Of a stretch of 64,000 nt of DNA, positions 53,216 to 61,921 are shown in pieces. Source of the stretch: Candidatus Hydrogenedentota bacterium (GTDB lineage Bacteria; Hydrogenedentota; Hydrogenedentia; Hydrogenedentales; SLHB01); assembly GCA_963668025.2 (NCBI GenBank), contig CAXXTH010000010.1:1184001-1248000 (forward strand), given 5' to 3'. A program made the position numbers and the translations under genes. Below the pieces are notes generated by a model that was given only the letters and a program-made list of their open reading frames with translations, was not told the DNA's origin and ran no database searches. Each line of letters begins with the position of its first letter. Position 1 is the first letter of the stretch.

Positions 53216-55753
53216 ATGGTAGTACGAACGAAGACACTTTTTGCTGTGGCAATGCTGTGCTGTATCGCGGGCGCTTGGGCATATGGCGCCGGTGAGGACA
53301 CCACGGCGTATGACATTCCTAAATTGGACGGCATCCGCATCGACGGAAATGCCAGTGATTGGGGCGAACAAGGTTTCCGCGTGGACCTGATGGCGGATGC
53401 GGAAGGAAACACGAGGCAGGAACAAGACTTTAATGTGCGGTTCCGGCTGGGATGGAATGCCAAGGGCCTTTTGGTGTTAGCGGCCATACAAGATGATGTA
53501 TTCGTCGAATCCGGCAATATGAAACAGCTTTGGGAGGGAGACGGGATTGAATTTTATGCCGCCCTAAGTAAAGGTTCAGCCGAGTATTACCATGCCCAAA
53601 TTGCTCCGGGGATGGATAACAAGTGCAAAAAGCTTCGGCAGTACATTGAGGATTACCGAAAGAGCAAAGCCGAAATGAAAAAGCTCTCCATCCAGGCAGT
53701 CCGGATAAAGACCGAGCACGGGTACCTTATCGAGACGTTGTTGCCTTGGAGCAATCTGGGCATCACTCCCGCCATGGGAACCGAAGTGGGCCTGCAAGTC
53801 TGCGCCAACGATTACGACGCAGATAAAATCCGGACACTCTTGTTATGGTATCCCAAGACCGACACATACCAAGATTCCTCTCGGATGTATGCCCTACGGC
53901 TGGCGGAAAAGCCCAGCCCAAGCCCATTTCAGGCGGCGGCGCATGTGGATTGCAGCGAGGGTGATATTAATGTTCGTATCAATGCGGTGAAAGAGCTTGC
54001 GGGAAGCAAAGCGGTTATCCGTACTAATGAACGTGAGTTAGGCGCTGGAACATTGATGCTGAATGAAACCCGTGCAACGGCTGGCATTGTGTTCCCATTT
54101 CCTGCACTCGGAACCACCTATGGCACCCTTTCCGTTGCTATTGAAGGGCAGCCGGCGCTGGCGCTGGAGGCGCCCGAATCATTTGACGAACTGCGCGCGA
54201 AATTGCTGACGGAGCAGAATTTCTGTTTTGCACCGGGTGTGTTCAGCGGTGAAGAGTTCCCCAAGTGCGATTTTGAAAAGAAGGGGATCGCCAGGGCGCT
54301 GCTTGGCGCTTACACCATTAAGACGACCTTCTACGACAACGCCTACAATGAAGTGAAGGCCGCCGCCAGCCCAGGGCGATATGCGGCGGTGTGCGAGATT
54401 ATCCCCGAAAAAGGCCAGCCGATCCGGCGTTTCCGGACCTTGCTGCGGACGCCGGAAGCGATTGATGGATTCAAATGGTGGCGCACGGATATGCCCGCGG
54501 CTGTCTCACTTCCAAAGGAGTTGGGCATCAGCAAGGCCGCGCTGGATGCGAACCAGAAAGCATTCAGTGAGTACGTCAAATGGCGTATCGAAGATTCGAC
54601 TTGGCGCGATCCCATGGCGGTCGATTTGTTCGCGGCGTTGTTTGAACAATCGAAAGCGGGCACATCGGTCCAGCCGGACTACGCGCCACTGGAAAGCCGC
54701 CAATGGTGGGTGGGCCTCAAACGCAAACTATATGGAACCGCCGAATTATATCCCAATCCGTTCATCGCGCCGCGCCCCATTGAAGGCGCACCTGCGCCCG
54801 TGCTGCATGAAGGCAGTGAGGCCGATGCGGGCATGAAATCCGGCACGGTAGCCAAGCTGGATAAAGTCTGTGAAGACTGGGCCGCGAACAGCGAGGAAGC
54901 TTTTGCCGTATTCCTGGTGCGCCATGGCGTAGTGTTTTACCATAAAGCCTTCGGCATGCGCGATGGCAAGCCCATGACTGTGGATACGCCGAGTTGGATG
55001 GCTTCCATCACCAAGACCATGTCCGCAAGCCTGATGATGATGCTGGTGGATCAAGGCTTGGTGAGCCTGGATGATCCGGTGGATAAGTTCCTTCCGCCAT
55101 TCCGGGGAATCACGGTCGAGAAACCGCTGACAGTGCATCATCTGTATACGCACACCAATGGCCTTTGGGGGCATTGGGGTGATGACCTAAACGATTTCGA
55201 GGAAGTATTGGCGGGCTATTACCCATATCTTCCCGTAGGCAAACAACATATGTACAACGGTGCAGGCAACAGCTTGGGCAGCAAGATCGTCGAGGCCGTG
55301 AGCGGAGAATCTCTTCCGTTGTTTTACAAGCATCATCTGCTCGATCCGCTGGGATGCACGCATACAAAAGTGGATGATTCCAGCGGCGGGTCGGATAGCA
55401 CGCCAATGGACATCGCCAGGATCGGCCAAATGCTGCTCAACAAGGGTGCATATGGGGATAAACGTTTCTTCAGCGAAGACACATATAAGCAAATGCTGCC
55501 CCAAAAACTCACCCAATTGCTTGGACCAGACACGTCAATCGTATGGGGTATGGGCCTCATCCCATGTGGCAAAGAGAATCCTGAGGGACCAAATCTAAGT
55601 GATGAAGCCTTCGGACACGGCGCGGCTTCAGCGGCCATTTTCTGCGTTGACCCTGTGAATGACTTAGTCGTAGTGATGACACGCGATTCGATGGGAAAAG
55701 CATACCCAGAACACCGCGCCCAATTCTTCAAAATCATTGCGGAAGGATTCTAA
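53216..55753 (+). CDS. Secreted serine hydrolase (beta-lactamase family) with N-terminal CBM9-like/DOMON sugar-binding domain
   Basis: Signal peptide; IDGNASDW...W....L.V...I.DD CBM9-like pattern; ASITK (SxxK), MYN and FGHG motifs. Confidence 0.78.
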   Translation: MVVRTKTLFAVAMLCCIAGAWAYGAGEDTTAYDIPKLDGIRIDGNASDWGEQGFRVDLMADAEGNTRQEQDFNVRFRLGWNAKGLLVLAAIQDDVFVESGNMKQLWEGDGIEFYAALSKGSAEYYHAQIAPGMDNKCKKLRQYIEDYRKSKAEMKKLSIQAVRIKTEHGYLIETLLPWSNLGITPAMGTEVGLQVCANDYDADKIRTLLLWYPKTDTYQDSSRMYALRLAEKPSPSPFQAAAHVDCSEGDINVRINAVKELAGSKAVIRTNERELGAGTLMLNETRATAGIVFPFPALGTTYGTLSVAIEGQPALALEAPESFDELRAKLLTEQNFCFAPGVFSGEEFPKCDFEKKGIARALLGAYTIKTTFYDNAYNEVKAAASPGRYAAVCEIIPEKGQPIRRFRTLLRTPEAIDGFKWWRTDMPAAVSLPKELGISKAALDANQKAFSEYVKWRIEDSTWRDPMAVDLFAALFEQSKAGTSVQPDYAPLESRQWWVGLKRKLYGTAELYPNPFIAPRPIEGAPAPVLHEGSEADAGMKSGTVAKLDKVCEDWAANSEEAFAVFLVRHGVVFYHKAFGMRDGKPMTVDTPSWMASITKTMSASLMMMLVDQGLVSLDDPVDKFLPPFRGITVEKPLTVHHLYTHTNGLWGHWGDDLNDFEEVLAGYYPYLPVGKQHMYNGAGNSLGSKIVEAVSGESLPLFYKHHLLDPLGCTHTKVDDSSGGSDSTPMDIARIGQMLLNKGAYGDKRFFSEDTYKQMLPQKLTQLLGPDTSIVWGMGLIPCGKENPEGPNLSDEAFGHGAASAAIFCVDPVNDLVVVMTRDSMGKAYPEHRAQFFKIIAEGF

Positions 55754-55763
55754 GCGTTTTAAG

Positions 55764-55799
55764 GCCGCAAGGCCTCTCTGCAAAGGGAGGCCTTGTGGC
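55764..55799. terminator. Hairpin after the serine hydrolase gene
   Basis: GCCGCAAGGCCTCTC...GGGAGGCCTTGTGGC; no clear U-tract. Confidence 0.45.
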
Positions 55800-55949
55800 A
55801 ACTTCACGTTTTTTCGGATGATATCATTAACGTCTAGATGAGCATCCACAAGATCATTGAAAACAAAACGCCATCATGGTAACTTTTAGGCCATGTATAG
55901 CGCTCAGGCCAGAATACGCCACGAATAGCCAAGGAGTTATCCAAAGCAT

Positions 55950-56624
55950 ATGAAACGCAGTGAAATCAATGCCGTGATTGAACACGCAAAAGACTTCTTT
56001 GAAGAGCATCAATTTCTGCTGCCGCCTTGGGCGTACTGGGAGCCCAAGGATTGGAAAGGCAAGAGAGATTCTTGCAGCGAGATCATCGATAACATTCTCG
56101 GGTGGGATATCACCGACTTTGGTTCAAATGATTTCTACAATCGCGGCCTGCTTCTATTCACTATCCGTAATGGGAATCCTAAAAAAGACAAGAAAACCTA
56201 TGCCGAAAAGATTATGATCGTCCGTGAAAACCAAGAAACGCCCTTCCATTTCCATTGGAACAAGATGGAAGACATCATTAATCGAGGCGGCGGTAATCTC
56301 ATGCTTGAGCTTTATAACGCTACGAAAGATGAAAAGCTCGCCGATACGCCGGTATGTGTACAAATCGATGGCGTCACCCATACGATAGAGCCCGGAGGCA
56401 AAGCCATACTACATCCCGGCGAGAGCATTTGCTTGACCCAATACCTCTACCATCGGTTTTACGCCGAACCTGGCAAAGGCATGGTGATGACCGGCGAAGT
56501 AAGCCAAGTCAACGACGATACGACTGACAACCGGTTTTACGAAGAAGTAGGGCGTTTCCCCGAGATTGAAGAAGACATTTCTCCTAACCATCTTCTGGCA
56601 TCTGAGTACGCCAAATTTATATAA
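55950..56624 (+). CDS. D-lyxose/D-mannose family sugar isomerase (cupin)
   Basis: MKRSEIN, GWDITDFG, YAEKIM...PFHFHWNKMEDIINRGGG, GEVSQVNDD. Confidence 0.9.
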   Translation: MKRSEINAVIEHAKDFFEEHQFLLPPWAYWEPKDWKGKRDSCSEIIDNILGWDITDFGSNDFYNRGLLLFTIRNGNPKKDKKTYAEKIMIVRENQETPFHFHWNKMEDIINRGGGNLMLELYNATKDEKLADTPVCVQIDGVTHTIEPGGKAILHPGESICLTQYLYHRFYAEPGKGMVMTGEVSQVNDDTTDNRFYEEVGRFPEIEEDISPNHLLASEYAKFI

Positions 56625-56634
56625 TATCCATCCA

Positions 56635-56710
56635 GGGCCTGTAGCTCAGTGGTTAGAGCAGGCGACTCATAATCGCTTGGTCGTAGGTTCAACTCCTACC
56701 AGGCCCACCA
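56635..56710 (+). tRNA. tRNA-Ile2 (anticodon CAT, lysidine type)
   Basis: 76 nt cloverleaf ending in CCA; AGCAGGCGACTCATAATCGCTTGGTC arm resembles ileX-type tRNAs rather than tRNA-Met. Confidence 0.9.
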
Positions 56711-57223
56711 CTTAAAGCTTTAAACTCCAATGGTTTGCAGAAGCATGCCATTGGGGCTTTTCTTTTGTTCTCGATCATGTATCCCACCTGTATCCCGCCG
56801 CGCTTCATTTCGGGCCGTTTCGGGCCTGCCTCGCCGGGGCTGCATGGTGATGGCCTGCACCCGTAGCCAATCGCGGTGGACTTGGGCGTTTACGGAATCG
56901 GCATAGGCAGACAGTGCATCCCGGCGGACATGTGCATGGGCGGGCTGCTTGTCTAGACAACATCGCCGGTCCTGTCGGGCGTGTTCCAGCGTTCGCCTAA
57001 GCCCTTGCGCCGTCCGAGTCAAGCGGCCGTGACATCCGTCTAGACGGGGCGGCCTTGGGGGGGTACGCCGATCCATACGCTATATGATCCGTCCCGCTCA
57101 CAAAATTTTTGGGATTTTGGGGCTGCACCATAGGCGGTATACACTGAATGCCCATTCGAATGTGCGGGATGGCTGCAGTGCCATGTGGGGAATAGACCCA
57201 TAAATCTTTTTTTATAAGCCTCT

Positions 57224-57273
57224 TTCGTAAACATGCCTCAAACGTGTATCATCAAATCCTGATGTTTTTGATG
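57224..57273 (+). promoter_or_regulatory. Putative promoter with overlapping inverted repeat upstream of the defence operon
   Basis: TTCGTA-17 nt-TATCAT; CATCAAA-N10-TTTGATG overlaps the -10/+1 region. Confidence 0.4.
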
Positions 57274-57321
57274 GGGAGCAAGCATTCGTCTGGTAGTCCG
57301 ATCATATCGTAGAAGGGAGAC

Positions 57322-60300
57322 ATGATGCACACGATCTTTGATCTGTGTGAGCCCCGGGAGGATGTGCTGAAGGGGCGCGTGAAGGATGAGGAATTTGCAG
57401 CGGATCTAGCTGCCGTAGTCGCCGGAACAGCGACTGAGGAATACTCGGATCCCGTCCGTTTTTTCCGTCACACCTACCCAACCCGCGGGCTCAAGACGCT
57501 GTTGGAAACGGTCTGCCGACGCCTTAGCGGGAAGGGGGGCGAGTTGAACTCCGTGATCCGCCTCGACACGGCCTACGGCGGCGGTAAAACCCATAGCTTG
57601 ATCGGACTTGTCCATGCTGTACGCGGGATGCCGGGTGTAGAGAACGTCGAGGAATTCGTCGATCCGTCATTGCTCCCGCAAGGCAATGTACGCGTGGCGG
57701 CCCTCGATGGCGAAAACGCCGATCCGGCCAACGGCCTCAAGCTGGAAGACGGCCTCTACGCTCACAGTATTTGGGGGGAAATGGCATACCGGCTTGCCGG
57801 TCGAGCCGGGTACGAACGCGTTCGGGTCAGCGATGAAAAGCACGCGGCGCCCGGCAGTGAAACCATCATCGAACTCTTCGGAGGAGAATCCTCGCTGATT
57901 TTGATTGACGAGGTTTCCGTCTACCTTCGCAAAGTCTCCCAGGTATATCCCGAAGCAACCGGCCAGTTCACCGCCTTCCTCCATGCTCTCATCAAGGCAG
58001 TCTCCTCGACGCCGAAGGCCGCCCTTGTCATGACGCTTGCTGTAAAGGCGGAAGATAAAAAGGTTGAGGACGCCTATCGGGCTGAGCATCAACTCGCGCT
58101 ACAGGCCTTCGCCGAGGCCGAGAGCATCGTATCAAGGAAACTCCTTCTGCTTGACCCCACGGCAGAAGATGAGACGGTGGATATCTTGCGGCGCCGGTTA
58201 TTTGAGGTGGTCGATATCGCCAAAGCGAAAGTCGTAGTGGATGAATACGCTAAAACCTGGGATCGCAACAAAGGCCAGTTATGCCCTGACGCCACTAGCC
58301 CGGAAGTGCGCGATCAATTCCTTAAAGGCTATCCCCTCCACCCCGAGACCATGAACGTCATGACCGAGAAAATGAGCAGCTTGTCCACCTTCCAACGGAC
58401 TCGCGGCATGCTGCGGATCTTGGCGCGGACGGTAGCGCACCTGTGGAAAGAAAAGCCCACGGATGCCTTTGCCATTCATCCGCATCATATCGATCCCTCC
58501 AATCAGCAGCTTAGAGACGAATTGACCACGCGCCTTGGCCAGCAGGCCTTTTTACCCGCTCTAGCCTCGGATGTGGCCTCCGTGCCCGGTAAAGACGCGT
58601 CCACCGCCCAGCGGCTCGACCAACAGTATTATCCCGGCCAGGCGCCGGTGACGTCCTATGTCGCCCGCACCATCTTTCTGAACACGCTGTCGTATGGGGA
58701 TTCCGCCCAAGGGCTCAGCGCCGACCATCTTCGTTATTCGGTCTGCTCACCGGAAATCGAGCCCACTTTCGTCGAAGCAGCCCGAAAGCAGTTCGCCGCG
58801 GAATCCCTCTATCTCGATGACCGACCTGGCTCTTCCATGCGGTTTCGTGTCGAGGCCAACTTGACCCAGATCATCTCCCGGGAAATGCGTGAGGTGGATA
58901 CCGAAGACCTCAAGAACGTGCTCAACTCGAACATTCGAAACCTGTTCACCGTTTCCAAAGGCGATTTTTCCCTCGTATGCTTTCCCGCAGGACCATACGA
59001 GGTACCAGATGATGTTGGCGACGGCCGGCCTTATTTGGTAATCCTTCATTACGACGCATTTTCTTTAAGCGAAACCCCAACAGAATTGCCCCAGGAACTG
59101 GTCCGCATGGCCACGCGCAAGGGCGTAAATGAAGAGACCCGGCTACTCCAGAACAACCTCGTTTTTGTCGTGGCAGACCAGAAGCTTCGGGCTGATATGA
59201 AGAGCGCCATGCGCCGCCGCCTCGCGTTGGAGGCGATCCAGAACTCCACCCGGATGCGAGAGTTGGCCGATTACCAGCAGCGAAAAGTGAAAGAGGAGTA
59301 CGAAAAAAGCGGCCTCACGGCAGCCATAGCGATCCTACAGTGTTACCGCCATCTGTTCTACCCTAGCAATGTCCCCATAGGCAGCGGCGCCGCCAAGCTG
59401 GGCCATACCACCATTGAATTGCAAAGCGTCTCTGATTCGCCCGGCAACGGCCAACTTCACATCAAACGGGCGTTGCGTAACCAAAAGAAGCTTTTGTCGG
59501 GAAGCGATCAACCCGACGCCCCGGCCTACGTCCGCGACCAGACTCCCTTGAGGATCAAGGGGCATATCAACACCCAAGAACTCCGAAATGAGTTCAGAAG
59601 AGCGCCGAACCTTTCCATCCTGCTCGATGACGACCCAATTGTGTCGTGCATCCAGGCCGGGATCGCAGAGGAAGTCTTCATATATCGGGAAGGCGATTTG
59701 GTTTGGGGGAAGAGCGACCCCACGCCCAGCATTCAGATCTCGGCCAATGCGTTTGTCCATACCATGGAAAACGCCAAGGAATTGAAGCTGTGGCCCCGTC
59801 CCATTCCGAAATTCGAACCGGAGCCGGGTCCGGATTCCGAACCAAGTCTGGAACCAGGTCCGGAACCAGGGCCGCCCGCGCCACCGCCACCGCCTTCATC
59901 ACTATCCGCCGAAGGCCCGCTTCGGCAGGCGTTGGTGACTCTTTTTGAAAGGGCGCGAAAACAGGATGTGAAAGCCTTCACGTCAGTCACCATGAAATTC
60001 TTTGAATACAAAGGGGCTTGGGACGCCCATCAAGCTGTGGCTACCTATCGCGACGCCGCCACCGAATGCCGGTTCGATGTCCACATCGAAGGCGAGGGGA
60101 TCGAATCGTTTGAGCTGGATTTCGAGGGAACTTTAGCTAAAGCCAATGCGATAAAGTCCTTTCTGCAACCACACTTGCAGGCCGCCAAAGACCACAACTT
60201 CGAGGGCGTTTACACCCTCACCTTCGCGGCCCCGCTGGCGACTTCCAAAGAGAATGGTGACGCCTTTATTGCAGCTATGACCAAATACGGCGGTGCAGAG

Positions 60301-60366
60301 GCGTATGTCGAAGCACTGGCGGCAACCGAGCAACAGAAGAAACTGGAGGAATCAGAAAATGGATAG
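57322..60366 (+). CDS. DUF499-family AAA+ ATPase (restriction-like defence system)
   Basis: PREDVL, EFAADL, Walker A YGGGKTHS, Walker B LILIDE, YPLHPE, FQRTRGMLR; Pro-rich linker before the C-terminal domain. Confidence 0.88.
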   Translation: MMHTIFDLCEPREDVLKGRVKDEEFAADLAAVVAGTATEEYSDPVRFFRHTYPTRGLKTLLETVCRRLSGKGGELNSVIRLDTAYGGGKTHSLIGLVHAVRGMPGVENVEEFVDPSLLPQGNVRVAALDGENADPANGLKLEDGLYAHSIWGEMAYRLAGRAGYERVRVSDEKHAAPGSETIIELFGGESSLILIDEVSVYLRKVSQVYPEATGQFTAFLHALIKAVSSTPKAALVMTLAVKAEDKKVEDAYRAEHQLALQAFAEAESIVSRKLLLLDPTAEDETVDILRRRLFEVVDIAKAKVVVDEYAKTWDRNKGQLCPDATSPEVRDQFLKGYPLHPETMNVMTEKMSSLSTFQRTRGMLRILARTVAHLWKEKPTDAFAIHPHHIDPSNQQLRDELTTRLGQQAFLPALASDVASVPGKDASTAQRLDQQYYPGQAPVTSYVARTIFLNTLSYGDSAQGLSADHLRYSVCSPEIEPTFVEAARKQFAAESLYLDDRPGSSMRFRVEANLTQIISREMREVDTEDLKNVLNSNIRNLFTVSKGDFSLVCFPAGPYEVPDDVGDGRPYLVILHYDAFSLSETPTELPQELVRMATRKGVNEETRLLQNNLVFVVADQKLRADMKSAMRRRLALEAIQNSTRMRELADYQQRKVKEEYEKSGLTAAIAILQCYRHLFYPSNVPIGSGAAKLGHTTIELQSVSDSPGNGQLHIKRALRNQKKLLSGSDQPDAPAYVRDQTPLRIKGHINTQELRNEFRRAPNLSILLDDDPIVSCIQAGIAEEVFIYREGDLVWGKSDPTPSIQISANAFVHTMENAKELKLWPRPIPKFEPEPGPDSEPSLEPGPEPGPPAPPPPPSSLSAEGPLRQALVTLFERARKQDVKAFTSVTMKFFEYKGAWDAHQAVATYRDAATECRFDVHIEGEGIESFELDFEGTLAKANAIKSFLQPHLQAAKDHNFEGVYTLTFAAPLATSKENGDAFIAAMTKYGGAEAYVEALAATEQQKKLEESENG

Positions 60367-60616
60367 AGATGAATGGATTGACTGTATAAAAGCGCATTTT
60401 AAGAATCTTGAAAAAAATGGCTATACGGTTCGTGCCGGTGACGCGCTTCTCGGAGTGGAAGTGCGAGGGTATGATGTGCTTTCAAAAAGGACATACGTAG
60501 CGGCCGTGCAAGATCTTGAGCAGAAAGGTCTTGTGGAGATTAGTGCAACCAATAATTCAAGGGTGTGGCCAACCATAAGGCTTACACCCAACGGCGCACG
60601 TTGGACGACAACATGA
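60359..60616 (+). CDS. Small hypothetical protein, winged-helix-like
   Basis: 85 aa, overlaps both neighbours; AAVQDLEQKGLVE...IRLTPNG resembles a MarR/PadR-type wing. Confidence 0.55.
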   Translation: MDRDEWIDCIKAHFKNLEKNGYTVRAGDALLGVEVRGYDVLSKRTYVAAVQDLEQKGLVEISATNNSRVWPTIRLTPNGARWTTT

Positions 60617-61095
60617 AAAGAACCGTATCGCCTGAAATAGTAACAAAGAGAGAGGACATAAACCGCGGGCGTCTACTCTATCAGCTCCACGCCGTGGGAT
60701 TAGGGCAAGGGCTATTGGCGCTCGAAATATGGCAGTTGCCCAGCCCGGCGACGCCACGCCTTGCAGTCAAAGAACGTACGGCGTCGCTCAAAGGGCGGGC
60801 ATTGGAGCTGGTCGAGACACGGGTGCTACGCCGTCTCAAGGCCGTCGGAATACGTCTCCCCGCGCTGAAACGTAAAGAACACCAAGACTATGATCTGGAC
60901 GAGGACGCCGCCCTAAACCTGGCGCTGATGTTCCGCACGCTCGCCCCGATGCACAATATCGAACGTATCCGCCAGGTGGCCGAAGGCATTGATCAAATGA
61001 GCCGGGAGGAGTCGGGGTATTGGCTCGGCATGGCGATACACCGGAAGAGTCCCCGTCGGGTGCTGGCGGCGTTGCGGATCTTGTTGACCATGTGA
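60613..61095 (+). CDS. Small accessory protein of the DUF499 system (in the position DUF3780 usually holds)
   Basis: LALMFRTLAP...MSREESGYWL...RVLAALRILL; lies between the ATPase and the methyltransferase. Confidence 0.65.
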   Translation: MKRTVSPEIVTKREDINRGRLLYQLHAVGLGQGLLALEIWQLPSPATPRLAVKERTASLKGRALELVETRVLRRLKAVGIRLPALKRKEHQDYDLDEDAALNLALMFRTLAPMHNIERIRQVAEGIDQMSREESGYWLGMAIHRKSPRRVLAALRILLTM

Positions 61096-61161
61096 GTACT
61101 TCAATCAGCAGGCCGCGTAACAGGGTTACTAATAGGATTCATAGGAGAAAGAGCCTATACC

Positions 61162-61377
61162 ATGAAGGAATACGTCGTCATATATGAGCAGGGGGAAACC
61201 AACTGGGGCGCCATGGCGCCCGATTTGCCGGGATGCGTCAGCATTGGCGATACCTTCGAGGATGTGCAGGAAAACGTCAAAGAAGCCATTGAACTCTATA
61301 TCGAAGTGCTCCAGGAACGCGGGGAGCCTATTCCCGAATCCAAGCAACGGATTGGCAATGTGGTGGTGGCCGCATGA
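61162..61377 (+). CDS. hicB: HicB-family antitoxin-like protein (orphan)
   Basis: YVVIYE...WGAMAPDLPGCVSIGDT.E....NVKEAIELYIE...GEPIPE. Confidence 0.85.
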   Translation: MKEYVVIYEQGETNWGAMAPDLPGCVSIGDTFEDVQENVKEAIELYIEVLQERGEPIPESKQRIGNVVVAA

Positions 61378-61441
61378 ATGGGGCCGCCTATCGAGTCATC
61401 CGATACGCCACAACCCACATTTCCAGAGAATCCGCCACAAA

Positions 61442-61768
61442 AGGCGCAAAATACAAAAAAAAATTCGGTAACACTTTAGCCGTTTGAAGCAGCAGCATCG
61501 GGACGATTGCTGAAATATGAATACACAGTAAACCTCCGGTATAGGCGGTTTTTTTTTTGACATGATTTACAAGATGAACAAGATTGGACAAACTCGTTAT
61601 GATGATTCACGGATATGAAGACCCATTCACGGAGCGTCCGAGCGCGTCTTTTTTCGCGGAAAATCCGCCAGAAAAAATCTTGTTCATCTTGTAAATCATG
61701 TCTAAAAAGGCTGTTTGCTTCAGTCCGCTAAAATGTTACAAGAATTCATTCTAGTGTTTTTTACGCCT
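61442..61768. repeat. Nested inverted-repeat element (MITE-like)
   Basis: Perfect 27-bp inner IR GACATGATTTACAAGATGAACAAGATT (61559-61585 and 61676-61702); imperfect outer IR (61468-61496 and 61710-61739) extending weakly to 61442/61768. Confidence 0.8.
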
Positions 61769-61921
61769 CTTGAGGCCATTGTTTGATTATTTTCCGAGGT
61801 CGCCCTAGCAAACGCCCTTAAGATTCGTAACCTCTTTCTGATTCGTCTATACTCTTCCCATTGATGTCACGTTGTTGCTACAGTCATTCGATAGAGATAC
61901 TTGCACACGGAAGGGGGATTC

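Noticed and set aside
56635-56710. tRNA-Met call from the CAT anticodon
   Set aside because: It lacks initiator features (C1:A72 mismatch, GGG/CCC anticodon stem), and the arm sequence resembles lysidine-modified tRNA-Ile2.
56720-57234. Small minus-strand ORFs after the tRNA as an integrase or excisionase remnant
   Set aside because: No recombinase or HTH motifs; the composition looks non-coding.
59815-59897. GAACC(A/G)GG-like short repeats as a DNA element
   Set aside because: They are explained by the Pro/Glu-rich protein linker (PEPGP) in the DUF499 ATPase.
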